DNA of 62,192 bases, from the NCBI GenBank assembly GCA_964502375.1, contig CAZCWN010000002.1, positions 1 through 62,192 on the forward strand. Reading direction: 5' to 3'. The notes below the pieces were generated by a model. That model made no database searches, was not told the origin of the DNA, and worked only from the letters and a program-made list of their open reading frames with translations. Numbering within the stretch: the stretch's first letter is position 1; each line of letters starts with the position of its first letter. This document shows positions 29,604-40,357 of this stretch, one piece after another. This DNA comes from an uncultured Rhizobium sp. (GTDB lineage: Bacteria > Pseudomonadota > Alphaproteobacteria > Rickettsiales > UBA1997). The translations under genes and the position numbers were made by a program.

Positions 29604-31667
29604 ATGAGAAAATCCTCTCTTTTTATACTTTGCATAGCCCTGACTTTTCTAGCGTTCCCAGCCTTTTCCGCGGAAATTTGGGAATATGAAGTGCGCGCAA
29701 GTAAATTAGAAAATTCGCGCAATGAACTTTCGCTAAAAAGTGGTAATAGTGCTTATTCATTTGATCAAAAAGAAATTGAAAATTTGCCTCAAGGCCAGGC
29801 CACTTCAATAAATCAGGTGCTTTTGCGCGGGCCTGGTGTTACTCAAGATTCTTATGGACAGCTGCATATACGTAGCGATCACAGTAATTTACAATATCGT
29901 ATAAATGACGTGATTATTCCTGAAGGTGTTGCTGGCTTTGGTCAAACATTTGATGCCCATTTTGCAGATAGCATTAATTTGCTTACAGGCGTTTTGCCGG
30001 CGCAATATGGCTATCGCACGGCTGGGGTGGTGGATATTAAAACCAAACAAGGGCGTTTTGCTTCAGGCGGATATTCTGAAATTCTTGGAGGCAGTAACCA
30101 AACAATCGGCGCCAACCAGCAATTAAGCGGCTCAGCAGAAAAGTTAAATTATTTTATTAGTGCTTCTTATTTACAAAATAATCGTGGTTTAGAACCGCCA
30201 ACTGCTGCCAAGAAGGCACTACATGATGAAACTAAGCAAAACAAATTATTCGGTTATTTTTCTTATTTGATAGATGTCAAAACCAAGCTCAGCCTGATTC
30301 TAGCCACTGCTCAAAATCATTTCCAAATTCCTAATAATCCCAACCAAACTCCTGAATATAATTTAACTGGTGTCGATAATTTTTCTTCTTCAGAAATTAA
30401 TGAGAAACAGCGCGAATCAAATCAATATGCCATATTGTCCCTGCAAGGTGTAAGCGATACGGAAATTGATTACCAATTTTCTGCTTTTACCCGTCTAAGT
30501 ACTCTTGATTTTAGAGCAGATAATATTGGCGATTTAATTTTTAATGGCGTGGCCTCAGATATCGATAAAAGCAGTTGGGTTAATGGTTTACAGGGTGATC
30601 TAAGTAAAAAAATAAATGATAAAAACACGGTGCGTTTTGGCGTTTATTTCACTGATAGTGCCGTAACTAATCAACAAAACAGCCAAGTATTTTCTACCTC
30701 AGGCGGCACACAGACAAGCTCTGAGCCGTTCACTATTTCTGATGGAAATTCCAAACATATAAAATTTTACAGCCTTTATTTACAGGATGAGTGGAAAGCG
30801 ATTGAAAAATTAACGCTTAATTTTGGTGCACGTTTTGATGCCTTACAGGGTAATATCGATGAGCATCAGATCAGTCCGCGCTTTGGCGCTGTTTATGCGT
30901 TGGATAAAAAAACAAAATTACATGCCGGTTTTGCCCGTTATTTTACGCCTCCGAAAGCAGAGTTAATTTTAAGCGGCGATATAAAAAAATTTGAAAACAC
31001 CACTAATGAGCCAGAGAATTTTATTAATGATAAAGTAAGGGCAGAGCGCAGTAACTATTATGATGCTGGCCTTTCGCACAAATTGACGCCTTATACTACA
31101 ATCAATCTGGACGGTTATTACAAAGATGTGAAAAACCTTCTTGATGAGGGCCAATTTGGCAACGCCTTAATTTTTAAACCTTTCAACTATCGCGAAGCTA
31201 AAATTTACGGAGTGGAATTTAGTGCGGATTACAAAAAAGATAATTTATCGGCCTTCTTCAACCTTGCTTTGCAAAGAGCTAAGGCCCGAAATATAATTTC
31301 CAGCCAATATTTATTCGAACAAGATGAACTTGATTTTATTGCCAAAAATTACGTTAATCCTGATCACGCCCAGAAAATTAGCGCCTCGGCGGGTGCGGCC
31401 TATAAAATTAATCATACAAAATTTGGTGGTGATGTAATTTTTGGCAGCGGCTTAAGACGAGGATTTGCCAATACCGAGAGCCTGCCATCTTATGCTTATT
31501 TTAATATTTTTGCTGTGCAAAAAATTGAAAAATTTGATGTGAGATTTTCGGTAAATAATTTGTTTGATAAAGTTTACAAGTTGCGCGATGGCTCTGGCAT
31601 TGGGGTTGGAGCCCCACAATATGGTTTACGCCGTAGTTTTTATTTAATCATAAGCCGCGCATTCTGA
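29604..31667 (+). CDS. TonB-dependent outer-membrane receptor
   Basis: 687 aa. Signal peptide, plug domain (IENLPQGQATSINQVLLRGPGV), long beta-barrel, and a C-terminal aromatic residue (..IISRAF). Substrate unknown. Confidence 0.88.
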   Translation: MRKSSLFILCIALTFLAFPAFSAEIWEYEVRASKLENSRNELSLKSGNSAYSFDQKEIENLPQGQATSINQVLLRGPGVTQDSYGQLHIRSDHSNLQYRINDVIIPEGVAGFGQTFDAHFADSINLLTGVLPAQYGYRTAGVVDIKTKQGRFASGGYSEILGGSNQTIGANQQLSGSAEKLNYFISASYLQNNRGLEPPTAAKKALHDETKQNKLFGYFSYLIDVKTKLSLILATAQNHFQIPNNPNQTPEYNLTGVDNFSSSEINEKQRESNQYAILSLQGVSDTEIDYQFSAFTRLSTLDFRADNIGDLIFNGVASDIDKSSWVNGLQGDLSKKINDKNTVRFGVYFTDSAVTNQQNSQVFSTSGGTQTSSEPFTISDGNSKHIKFYSLYLQDEWKAIEKLTLNFGARFDALQGNIDEHQISPRFGAVYALDKKTKLHAGFARYFTPPKAELILSGDIKKFENTTNEPENFINDKVRAERSNYYDAGLSHKLTPYTTINLDGYYKDVKNLLDEGQFGNALIFKPFNYREAKIYGVEFSADYKKDNLSAFFNLALQRAKARNIISSQYLFEQDELDFIAKNYVNPDHAQKISASAGAAYKINHTKFGGDVIFGSGLRRGFANTESLPSYAYFNIFAVQKIEKFDVRFSVNNLFDKVYKLRDGSGIGVGAPQYGLRRSFYLIISRAF

Positions 31668-31688
31668 ACCAGTTTTGTAATTACGAAT

Positions 31689-32321
31689 ATGTCTTTTTTT
31701 ATAGAAACTTTAAACGTTGCTAAAGCAGGCGGCGTAATGATTTATCCTCTTTCCTTGCTATGCATTCTAGCGATTGCCTTAATCTGCGATAAAATTTTCC
31801 TCTACAAAAAATTCGTAAAATTACCAAAAGACTTATTCAATGTTATTGAAACTTATAACTTTAATTGGAGCGCTCTACAATCAGAGTTGTCAAGGCTTGG
31901 GAGCAAAAATATTTATCACGAATTTTTTTATGTAATCGTCAAAAATAAAGACAAACCATTATGGTGGTTGGAATCGCGTGCTGGTGATGAAGCAAAAATT
32001 GTTGAAAAGAAATTAGCGCAAGGTCTATGGATTTTAGAAACAATAGTAACTGCTGCGCCGCTATTAGGGCTGCTTGGCACTATTGTTGGTATGATGTCGT
32101 CATTTAAAATTATCGGTGAAAATGGAGTGGTTAATCCGCATGGTGTCACAGGTGGGGTGGCGGAAAGCCTGATTGCAACTGGTTTTGGCTTATTCATCGC
32201 CATTTTTTCTTTATTTGCCTTTAATTATTTTTCGCGCCGACAAGATCAAGTTCTTGATGAGCTAGAACGGCTTGGCAGTGGGGTTATTGACCATATAAAA
32301 CTTGATAAAAAAGCTTCATGA
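31689..32321 (+). CDS. exbB: MotA/TolQ/ExbB proton-channel protein
   Basis: 210 aa, 3 TM. Motif APLLGLLGTIVGMM. Lies upstream of exbD and tonB. Confidence 0.88.
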   Translation: MSFFIETLNVAKAGGVMIYPLSLLCILAIALICDKIFLYKKFVKLPKDLFNVIETYNFNWSALQSELSRLGSKNIYHEFFYVIVKNKDKPLWWLESRAGDEAKIVEKKLAQGLWILETIVTAAPLLGLLGTIVGMMSSFKIIGENGVVNPHGVTGGVAESLIATGFGLFIAIFSLFAFNYFSRRQDQVLDELERLGSGVIDHIKLDKKAS

Positions 32322-32716
32322 AAATCAAACGTTTGCGTAAATCAAAAAAGGGTCGCATCGAAATTATTCCAATGATTGATGTGATGTTTTTTTTGTTGGC
32401 AACTTTCATGTTGGCATCGCTTTCGATGCAGAATTTTAGCGGTATCGCAGTGAATTTAACTAAAGGCAGCGCTGATAAAATTTCTGATGAAAATCAAATT
32501 ACACTTAGCATTACTCACGATAATAGTGTTTTTTTCAATAAAGAACCAATCGCGATAGAAGCAATAGCAGCAAGGCTTCGTAGTGTTGAGGGGGATAAGA
32601 AGGATATTATAATTGCTGCGGATAAAAATTCTTTACAAGGTGTAGTAATGCAAGTGATGCTAAGCGCGCGCGAAGGCGGGGCGCAGCATTTTTCAATCAT
32701 CAGCCAAAATAAATAA
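32318..32716 (+). CDS. exbD: Biopolymer transport protein ExbD/TolR
   Basis: 132 aa. IPMIDVMFFLLATFM signature TM segment. 4-nt overlap with exbB. Confidence 0.88.
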   Translation: MKIKRLRKSKKGRIEIIPMIDVMFFLLATFMLASLSMQNFSGIAVNLTKGSADKISDENQITLSITHDNSVFFNKEPIAIEAIAARLRSVEGDKKDIIIAADKNSLQGVVMQVMLSAREGGAQHFSIISQNK

Positions 32717-33261
32717 TGCATTATCCTTTCACGAGTTTTGCGCTTTCTTTGCTCATTTATTTACTGCTGATTTTTACTTTTGGGGTATGGGTGATGAAAG
32801 CAAATTCAATGCCACCAATTTCTTTGGAGCTAGATGCCTCAAGCATTGGTGAGGTTGAACAGCATAAAAAATCTGTTCAACAAAAAAGTGAGTTTAAAAA
32901 AAACCTTGGTCAAAAACCTGAGGCTAAAAGATTGCGTGAAGAAAAAATAGAGCCGCGCAAGAGCAATGCTGGCAAGGAATCAGAACTTGGAGAGAAAAAA
33001 ATTATCTCTCAAAAAATTGCCCCAATTTATCAACCTTTGCCACAAATTCCTGATGAATTGCGGGAAGAAGCTTTTATGAGCCAGGTCACCGCCCGCTTTT
33101 ATATAAGATCTGAAGGAACGGTTGAAAAAGTTGAATTGATCAAGCCGAGTAATAATCCGAAGTTAAATCAATTATTGTTGAAAAGCTTGCAGAAATGGCG
33201 TTTTCACTCTAGCTCTCAGAGCTGGACGCAGGATATTCAAGTAACTTTCCAAGTGCAGTAA
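32716..33261 (+). CDS. tonB: Energy transducer TonB
   Basis: 181 aa. N-terminal TM, a Lys/Glu/Pro-rich spacer, and a TonB C-terminal domain (YQPLPQIPDELREEAF..VTARFYIRSEGTVEKVELIKPS). Confidence 0.8.
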   Translation: MHYPFTSFALSLLIYLLLIFTFGVWVMKANSMPPISLELDASSIGEVEQHKKSVQQKSEFKKNLGQKPEAKRLREEKIEPRKSNAGKESELGEKKIISQKIAPIYQPLPQIPDELREEAFMSQVTARFYIRSEGTVEKVELIKPSNNPKLNQLLLKSLQKWRFHSSSQSWTQDIQVTFQVQ

Positions 33262-34179
33262 ATGAAAAGAATAATTTTTTCGATTTTGTTTTTATTCGCT
33301 TTTAATGCTAAAGCTGAAGTGACAATTTTTGCTTGTGAGCCGGAATGGGCAAATTTGGCGCAGAGGATAGTGCAAGATAAAGCGCGCGTAAAAGTTGCAA
33401 TAGCGCCCAATCAAAATCCCAAGAAGGTTGATATCAATAGCGCCAGGGCAGCAAAAATGAGAGAAGCTAATTTAGTTTTTTGTAATGGAGGAAATCTGGA
33501 AGAAAAATGGTTGCCAGAGCTTATAAAAAGTAGTGGGAATACTCAGATTATTACCGATAAACAAAGAGTTTTATTCGCTTACGATTATTCAAATATTTCC
33601 GCAATTAAAAAAGCCAATGCTGCATCTGAGGCCAGAACTACAAAGGCTCCAAATCGAGTTCATTTAAACCCTTATAATGTTAAAAAAGTCGCTGCTGAAT
33701 TTGTGAAGCGAATTAAATTTATTGATGAAGCTAACGCTGATTTTTATCAAAAAACTTATGAAAATTTTGATAAAAAGTGGGAAGAGGCAATAAAAATATG
33801 GGAAGAAAAAGCCGCGCCTCTGAAGGGAATGGTATTAGTCGCCAATGATGATTCGTGGTCTTATTTGGCTGAATGGCTAGGGTTGGAAATTATAACTTTA
33901 ACCAATTCAGAATCTGATGAAAAGCCTAATAGCAGCGACTATTACCGAGTTTCTGAACTTTTAAGAACTATTCCTGCGGAGGCAGTAATTTTTGGGAGGT
34001 TTGAAGATAAGAAAATATTGCTGCAATTGCGCGAAAGGAACAAAATGAAAATGATTTTTTTGCCCTTCACTGTTGGTGGTGGCGCCAATAGCAGCGATAT
34101 TTTCTGGTTATTTGAAACTACTATAAAAAATTTGCTGGCTGGTTGTTCAGGAATATCTTGCAAAGGATTGAATAGCTAG
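33262..34179 (+). CDS. Periplasmic ZnuA/TroA-like solute-binding protein (atypical)
   Basis: 305 aa with a signal peptide. Overall layout resembles cluster-9 metal-binding proteins (..REANLVFCNGGNLEEKWLPELI.., ..VHLNPYNVKKVAAEF..), but two canonical His-ligand motifs appear substituted (see findings). No cognate permease or ATPase is adjacent. Confidence 0.5.
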   Translation: MKRIIFSILFLFAFNAKAEVTIFACEPEWANLAQRIVQDKARVKVAIAPNQNPKKVDINSARAAKMREANLVFCNGGNLEEKWLPELIKSSGNTQIITDKQRVLFAYDYSNISAIKKANAASEARTTKAPNRVHLNPYNVKKVAAEFVKRIKFIDEANADFYQKTYENFDKKWEEAIKIWEEKAAPLKGMVLVANDDSWSYLAEWLGLEIITLTNSESDEKPNSSDYYRVSELLRTIPAEAVIFGRFEDKKILLQLRERNKMKMIFLPFTVGGGANSSDIFWLFETTIKNLLAGCSGISCKGLNS

Positions 34180-34191
34180 GCTTGAAGAGAT

Positions 34192-35373
34192 TTATCGATC
34201 GATCTCACCAAACACAATATCCTGCGTTGAAATTACAGTTACAACGTCAGCTAAAAGATGTCCTTTTGTCATAAATTCCAAAGCTTGCAGATGAGCAAAC
34301 CCAGGAGCGCGAATGCGGCAGCGGAATGGTATGTTTGAACCATCGGAAATTAAATATACGCCAAATTCTCCTTTGGGAGCTTCCACGGCTGCATAAGCTT
34401 CACCTGCGGGGACATGATAGCCTTCAGTGTAAAGCTTGAAATGGTTTATTAGCGCTTCCATTGATTGCTTCATTACCGATCTTTTTGGCGGGGAAATTTT
34501 TGGATCTTCCGTTCTAATTGGGCCACCAGGCATTTTTTCAATGCATTGATTAATTAGCCTCACTGATTGGCGCATTTCTTCCACACGTACAAGATAACGA
34601 TCATAGGAATCACCCTTTTTGCCGACTGGGATATCAAAATCGAGCTCACCATAAACTTCATAAGGTTGGCTTTTGCGTAAGTCCCATGCAATTCCAGAGC
34701 CACGAATCATAGGCCCAGAAAACCCCCAATCTAAAGCTTGCTCTTTCGAAACAACACCAATTTCAACCAAGCGTTGTTTAAAAATACGATTTTCAGTTAG
34801 AAGAGATTCTAAATCATCGATACGTTTAGGAAATTCTTCAGCAAAATTGGCAATTTCTTCAAGAAGCCCATCTGGCAAGTCTTGAGTCACACCACCTGGG
34901 CGGATATAGGCAGCATGCATTCTAGCACCGCTGACTTTTTCATAAAATCCCATCATTTTTTCGCGCTCTTCAAACATCCAAAGAAGTGGTGTCATAGCGC
35001 CGACGTCAAGTGCTTGAGCGGTGATGGCTAGAGTGTGATTTAAGAGGCGAGTAATTTCAGAAAATAAAACGCGAATATATTGTGCGCGCAACGGAATTTT
35101 GCAGCCTAATAATTTTTCTGTAGCCAAGGCAAATGCGTGTTCCTGGCACATTGGGGATACATAATCCAGGCGATCAAAGTACGGAAGAGCCTGAATATAA
35201 GTTTTATATTCAATTAATTTTTCCGTGCCGCGATGCAGAAGCCCGATATGCGGATCGGCGCGTGTGATAACTTCGCCATCCATTTCTAGCACTAAGCGCA
35301 AAACGCCGTGCGCTGCTGGATGTTGAGGACCAAAGTTAATGGTCATGTTTTGAGTTGTGGAAGAGCTAGTCAT
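34192..35373 (-). CDS. nuoD: NADH-quinone oxidoreductase subunit D
   Basis: 393 aa. [28 protein letters not shown], and a C-terminal DIVFGEIDR. Confidence 0.96.
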   Translation of the reverse strand: MTSSSTTQNMTINFGPQHPAAHGVLRLVLEMDGEVITRADPHIGLLHRGTEKLIEYKTYIQALPYFDRLDYVSPMCQEHAFALATEKLLGCKIPLRAQYIRVLFSEITRLLNHTLAITAQALDVGAMTPLLWMFEEREKMMGFYEKVSGARMHAAYIRPGGVTQDLPDGLLEEIANFAEEFPKRIDDLESLLTENRIFKQRLVEIGVVSKEQALDWGFSGPMIRGSGIAWDLRKSQPYEVYGELDFDIPVGKKGDSYDRYLVRVEEMRQSVRLINQCIEKMPGGPIRTEDPKISPPKRSVMKQSMEALINHFKLYTEGYHVPAGEAYAAVEAPKGEFGVYLISDGSNIPFRCRIRAPGFAHLQALEFMTKGHLLADVVTVISTQDIVFGEIDR

Positions 35374-35459
35374 ATTTTGAAAAAAAATTGGAAGTGGTGT
35401 TTTTAAGGTCTATGGCAAAAAAAACAAATTAAAATTCTGCCAAAATGTTGGCGGATTGA

Positions 35460-36797
<1,338 letters not shown>

Positions 36798-36801
36798 TCT
36801 T

Positions 36802-37650
36802 ATGGTGCGTATTTCTTATCTTAACGGCCAATTTGTTGAGCATGATAAAGCATTTGTGCATATTGAAGATCGCGGCTTTCAATTTGCTGACGGTGTTTAC
36901 GAAGTTACGTTGTTTAAAAATGGTAAGCTGATTGATGGAGAAGCGCATTTAGAGCGGCTTTTTAGAAGCTTGCGTGAGATTAATATTTCTCACAATTTTT
37001 CAAAAGATGAGCTGCGTAAAATGCAAATCGAACTTTTTGAGCGCAATAAAATGGCCGAAGGAATTTGTTATATGCAAATCACGCGTGGTCAGCATATTCG
37101 TACTCCTAATTGCCCGAAAGATCTAAAACCAACTATTGTAGCCACGGTGGCTGAAGGCAAAAAACTTTCTCCAGAAGAGTTTGATAAAGGCTTTTCTATC
37201 ATGACGCATGAAGATATCAGATGGTTGCGTTGCGATATTAAAACTGTTGGGCTTTTAGCCTCAACTTTACTTAATCAAAAAGCCAAAGATTTTGGTTTTG
37301 ATGATGTGATTTTTGTACGTGATGGAATGGTTACTGAAGCAAGTTTCGCTAATGTTTTTATTGTTGATGCTAATGAACACCTAATTACCAAACCTGCGGA
37401 CAACCTTATTTTATGTGGCATAACACGTAATCGTATGATTGAAATTGCCAAAGAAAAAGGGTTGAGGGTTATTGAGAGAAATTTTGACGTTGCGGAATTA
37501 ATGAAAGCGAAGGAAGTGTTTTTAACCAGCTCCAGCCTGATCTCGCGCCCTGTAGTAAAAATTGATGGGAAAATAATCGGCGATGGAAAAGTGGGGAAAA
37601 TTACCAGGCTTTTAAGCGAGGCTTATAAAAAATTCATTGAGACTAATTAA
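36802..37650 (+). CDS. dat: Class IV (fold type IV) aminotransferase, D-amino-acid transaminase-like
   Basis: 282 aa. EDRGFQFADGVYEV, and a CDIKTVGLL region holding the catalytic lysine. D-Ala versus branched-chain specificity cannot be settled by eye. Confidence 0.7.
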   Translation: MVRISYLNGQFVEHDKAFVHIEDRGFQFADGVYEVTLFKNGKLIDGEAHLERLFRSLREINISHNFSKDELRKMQIELFERNKMAEGICYMQITRGQHIRTPNCPKDLKPTIVATVAEGKKLSPEEFDKGFSIMTHEDIRWLRCDIKTVGLLASTLLNQKAKDFGFDDVIFVRDGMVTEASFANVFIVDANEHLITKPADNLILCGITRNRMIEIAKEKGLRVIERNFDVAELMKAKEVFLTSSSLISRPVVKIDGKIIGDGKVGKITRLLSEAYKKFIETN

Positions 37651-38536
37651 GGGTAATGCCGTATTTTTTGCTTAAGTAAGTTTCAATTAATTGCCGTTCT
37701 TCTGTTCTTAGCGCTCTGGTAAAAACTATAATTTCCGCAATATCCCCGTTGAAATAACGCTGAACTGATCCAAGAAAGGTGCCGATAGTAGGAGTAGGAA
37801 AAGTATTTAGAGCGCCTAGAGCAGTGCTGGTTACTTTTGCCGTAGTCCCACCATTAAGCCAATAGCTGGCTGAAGTTGAAGAATAAAAATAGCGCAATGT
37901 ATGTATTCTTGGAATTGGATTGTTGTTATAGGCTAAACCAGAATAAGTGTAAGTGAATTCCTGGCCAGAACCATGGCCCACTTTTATTTGTGTATCTGAA
38001 TTATAGCCGATATTTAAATTATTTCCCCCCACATTGCCTCCTATACTGCCAATAAATGGGCCAAAGCTGCTAAAGGCTGTTTTTTTTTGTTCAACCACAA
38101 AAATTGTGTAATCGCTCAAAACAAGCATTTTGCCGAATAGGTTGGCATCTAGGTTTAGATAGCTGCTAGTGCCGTCAAATCTGATTGTAGGAATTCCTCC
38201 ATTTATGGAATTTTCGTAAAATTTGGGTTGCTTTGTAGATGTTGATTGGGTGGCAGTATTTCTACTGACTAATTGGCGGTTTAAGTCATACCACGTGCTA
38301 ATTGCCCCACCATCCACTGTTTCTGAAGCAATAAAACTTTCTGGCAAGGAAGTTTCAAACCACGCCAAAAGATTAGGTGTATCAATGACAGGAGAATTAA
38401 CGGTAAGTAGTGCTGCGTTTCTTAGTTTGGATTTTTTGATTAAACTAATGCCTTGGGCTATTCCCGCGATCAAAACTCCGACAATCAAAATTACGATCGA
38501 AATTTCCAACAGGGTGAAGGCGCTGCGTTTTTTCAT
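37643..38536 (-). CDS. Prepilin-type N-terminal cleavage/methylation domain protein with a LamG-like (concanavalin-type) C-terminal domain
   Basis: MKKRSA|FTLLEISIVILIVGVL has the class-III signal with Glu at +5. The C-terminus, FNGDIAEIIVFTRALRTEERQLIETYLSKKYGI, resembles the last strands of Laminin_G_3-type domains. The start abuts the mlaF stop. Confidence 0.65.
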   Translation of the reverse strand: MKKRSAFTLLEISIVILIVGVLIAGIAQGISLIKKSKLRNAALLTVNSPVIDTPNLLAWFETSLPESFIASETVDGGAISTWYDLNRQLVSRNTATQSTSTKQPKFYENSINGGIPTIRFDGTSSYLNLDANLFGKMLVLSDYTIFVVEQKKTAFSSFGPFIGSIGGNVGGNNLNIGYNSDTQIKVGHGSGQEFTYTYSGLAYNNNPIPRIHTLRYFYSSTSASYWLNGGTTAKVTSTALGALNTFPTPTIGTFLGSVQRYFNGDIAEIIVFTRALRTEERQLIETYLSKKYGITLN

Positions 38537-39298
38537 TTAGGCAGCGAGGAAGTTAATTGGGCCATCAGCGCGCCCGTGGATAAATTGATCAAGGAAGGGA
38601 TTCCCAGAGGAATACATATCTTTTACATCGCCAAACCAGATGATTTTTCCTTCATAGAGCATGGCAATTTTATCAGCAATTTTGCGCGCTGAATTCATGT
38701 CATGAGTGATGGTTATAGTGGTAGCACCAAGCTGTTTGGAATTAGCGATTATTAAATCATTGATGACATCTGCCATGATTGGATCAAGGCCGGTAGTTGG
38801 CTCATCAAAAAAAATAATTTCAGGGTTAGCAGCAATTGCCCTTGCAAGTGAGGCGCGTTTTTGCATGCCTCCTGAAAGTTCGGAGGGAAGAAGATTTGCA
38901 GTTTTCGCGCTTAAGCCCACTGCTTTAAGCTTTTGTAAAGCAATTTCTCTAGCTTGTTCTTTAGGCATTTTTTTTTGATAAAGCAGGCGGAAAGCAACAT
39001 TCTCCCATACCGAAAGAGAATCAAACAAAGCCCCTCCCTGGAATAAAAAGCCGAATTTTTCCATTAGTTTATCACGCTCTTTAGAACTAATATGTGATAC
39101 GTCTTGCCCATCAATTTGAATTTGGCCAGAACTAGGCTCAATAAGTGTGGAGATTATTTTAATCAAAACGGATTTTCCGCTGCCAGAACCTCCTAAAATA
39201 ACAATTGATTCCCCTTTTTTGACTTGCAAGTCGATCCCGGTTAAAACCTTTTTTGTGCCGAAACTTTTGGTGAGATTTTTAACTAGCAATTTTGACAT
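38537..39298 (-). CDS. mlaF: Phospholipid ABC transporter ATP-binding protein MlaF
   Basis: 253 aa. Walker A GGSGSGKS, FGFLFQGGALFDSLSVWENV, LSGGMQKRASLARA, Walker B IIFFDEPTTGLD, and an MlaF-type C-terminus (FIHGRADGP). Confidence 0.88.
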   Translation of the reverse strand: MSKLLVKNLTKSFGTKKVLTGIDLQVKKGESIVILGGSGSGKSVLIKIISTLIEPSSGQIQIDGQDVSHISSKERDKLMEKFGFLFQGGALFDSLSVWENVAFRLLYQKKMPKEQAREIALQKLKAVGLSAKTANLLPSELSGGMQKRASLARAIAANPEIIFFDEPTTGLDPIMADVINDLIIANSKQLGATTITITHDMNSARKIADKIAMLYEGKIIWFGDVKDMYSSGNPFLDQFIHGRADGPINFLAA

Positions 39299-39324
39299 TT
39301 GGTGTTTCCTTTAAAAGTTAGAGC

Positions 39325-40104
39325 TTATCTGCCCATTTCGGCCAATTTTTTTTCAATCAATTTCTTAAGAGTCTGATAATCAACATAACCTTCTGAAACT
39401 TCGCCATTAACGAAAAAGGAAGGGGTGGATTTTATATTTAAAGATTTTGATGCGTCCATTCTAGCGTTAAGAATCTTTGTTTGCAGAACAGTATCAGAAA
39501 TACAAGATTTAAACCTTTCGGAACTCATGCCATCAAGCTTGGCGATTGCTTCCAGCTTCTCGGTATATTTTTCATCAAAGGCCCAAGAATCTTGAGTTTT
39601 GAATAAGGCTTTTACGGTTGCATAGTATTTTTCTGGCAAATCAGCTTTATTGTCATTGGCCTGGCACATTGTAAACATTGACGCCACCAAGGCTGATTGA
39701 TTTAATGGAAAATCACGAAAAATAAATTTTGCTTTACCAGTTATTATATATTCATTTTTAAGTTTTTCGAAAGATTCACGCGCAAATGAGGCGCAATGTG
39801 GGCAAGAAAGCGAAGCATATTCTATGATGGTGACCGGTGCTGTGTTATCACCTAAAACGAAATCGAAAGGCATGATTTTTAAGATTTCGCTGTTTCTGTG
39901 TGTTTCAGCAGCAAGTGCTTCATCATTCACAGCGGCGCTAACTTTATCTTGCGCATTTTGTTCTGGATTTAGTTCAGATGCCGCTTGAGAAGCATATTTA
40001 AATGAAGTTTTAGTTTTATAGTTATGAACTAGTGTAGCTGCAAAACCAATAAGCAATGCCACGACAATAAGGGCGATGGTGATTTTTTTGGAATTTTTAT
40101 TCAT
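39325..40104 (-). CDS. DsbA-family thiol:disulfide oxidoreductase (membrane-anchored, Com1-like)
   Basis: 259 aa. N-terminal TM anchor and a thioredoxin fold with SCPHC active site. Confidence 0.82.
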   Translation of the reverse strand: MNKNSKKITIALIVVALLIGFAATLVHNYKTKTSFKYASQAASELNPEQNAQDKVSAAVNDEALAAETHRNSEILKIMPFDFVLGDNTAPVTIIEYASLSCPHCASFARESFEKLKNEYIITGKAKFIFRDFPLNQSALVASMFTMCQANDNKADLPEKYYATVKALFKTQDSWAFDEKYTEKLEAIAKLDGMSSERFKSCISDTVLQTKILNARMDASKSLNIKSTPSFFVNGEVSEGYVDYQTLKKLIEKKLAEMGR

Positions 40105-40357
40105 GTTTAGATTTTTGATGTTTTACTTAGCTTAAGTAGGCGCAGAGTCTGTTTCTGAACTTAATTCATTCTAACTTTTACAAAGGTTTATCCATCTTTA
40201 TTTTAAAAAAAATTTACCACTGCAAATTGATACGGTAAAAATTTTTAAAAAAGCCGTTAAAATTTCTGAAAAATTGATGATAAATAAATTTGAAAACAAA
40301 CTCTGGAGATAAGGCTGCCTGAGATATTTTTTTACTCTCAAGAAATCAATTAAATTT

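Noticed and set aside
38080-38088. A9/T9 homopolymer inside the prepilin/LamG gene, considered as a possible slipped-strand phase-variation switch.
   Set aside because: Equally long A/T runs occur inside housekeeping genes in this window (for example mlaF around 38968-38976 and nnrD around 49849-49857). The tract therefore reflects AT-rich Lys codon usage rather than a dedicated contingency locus.
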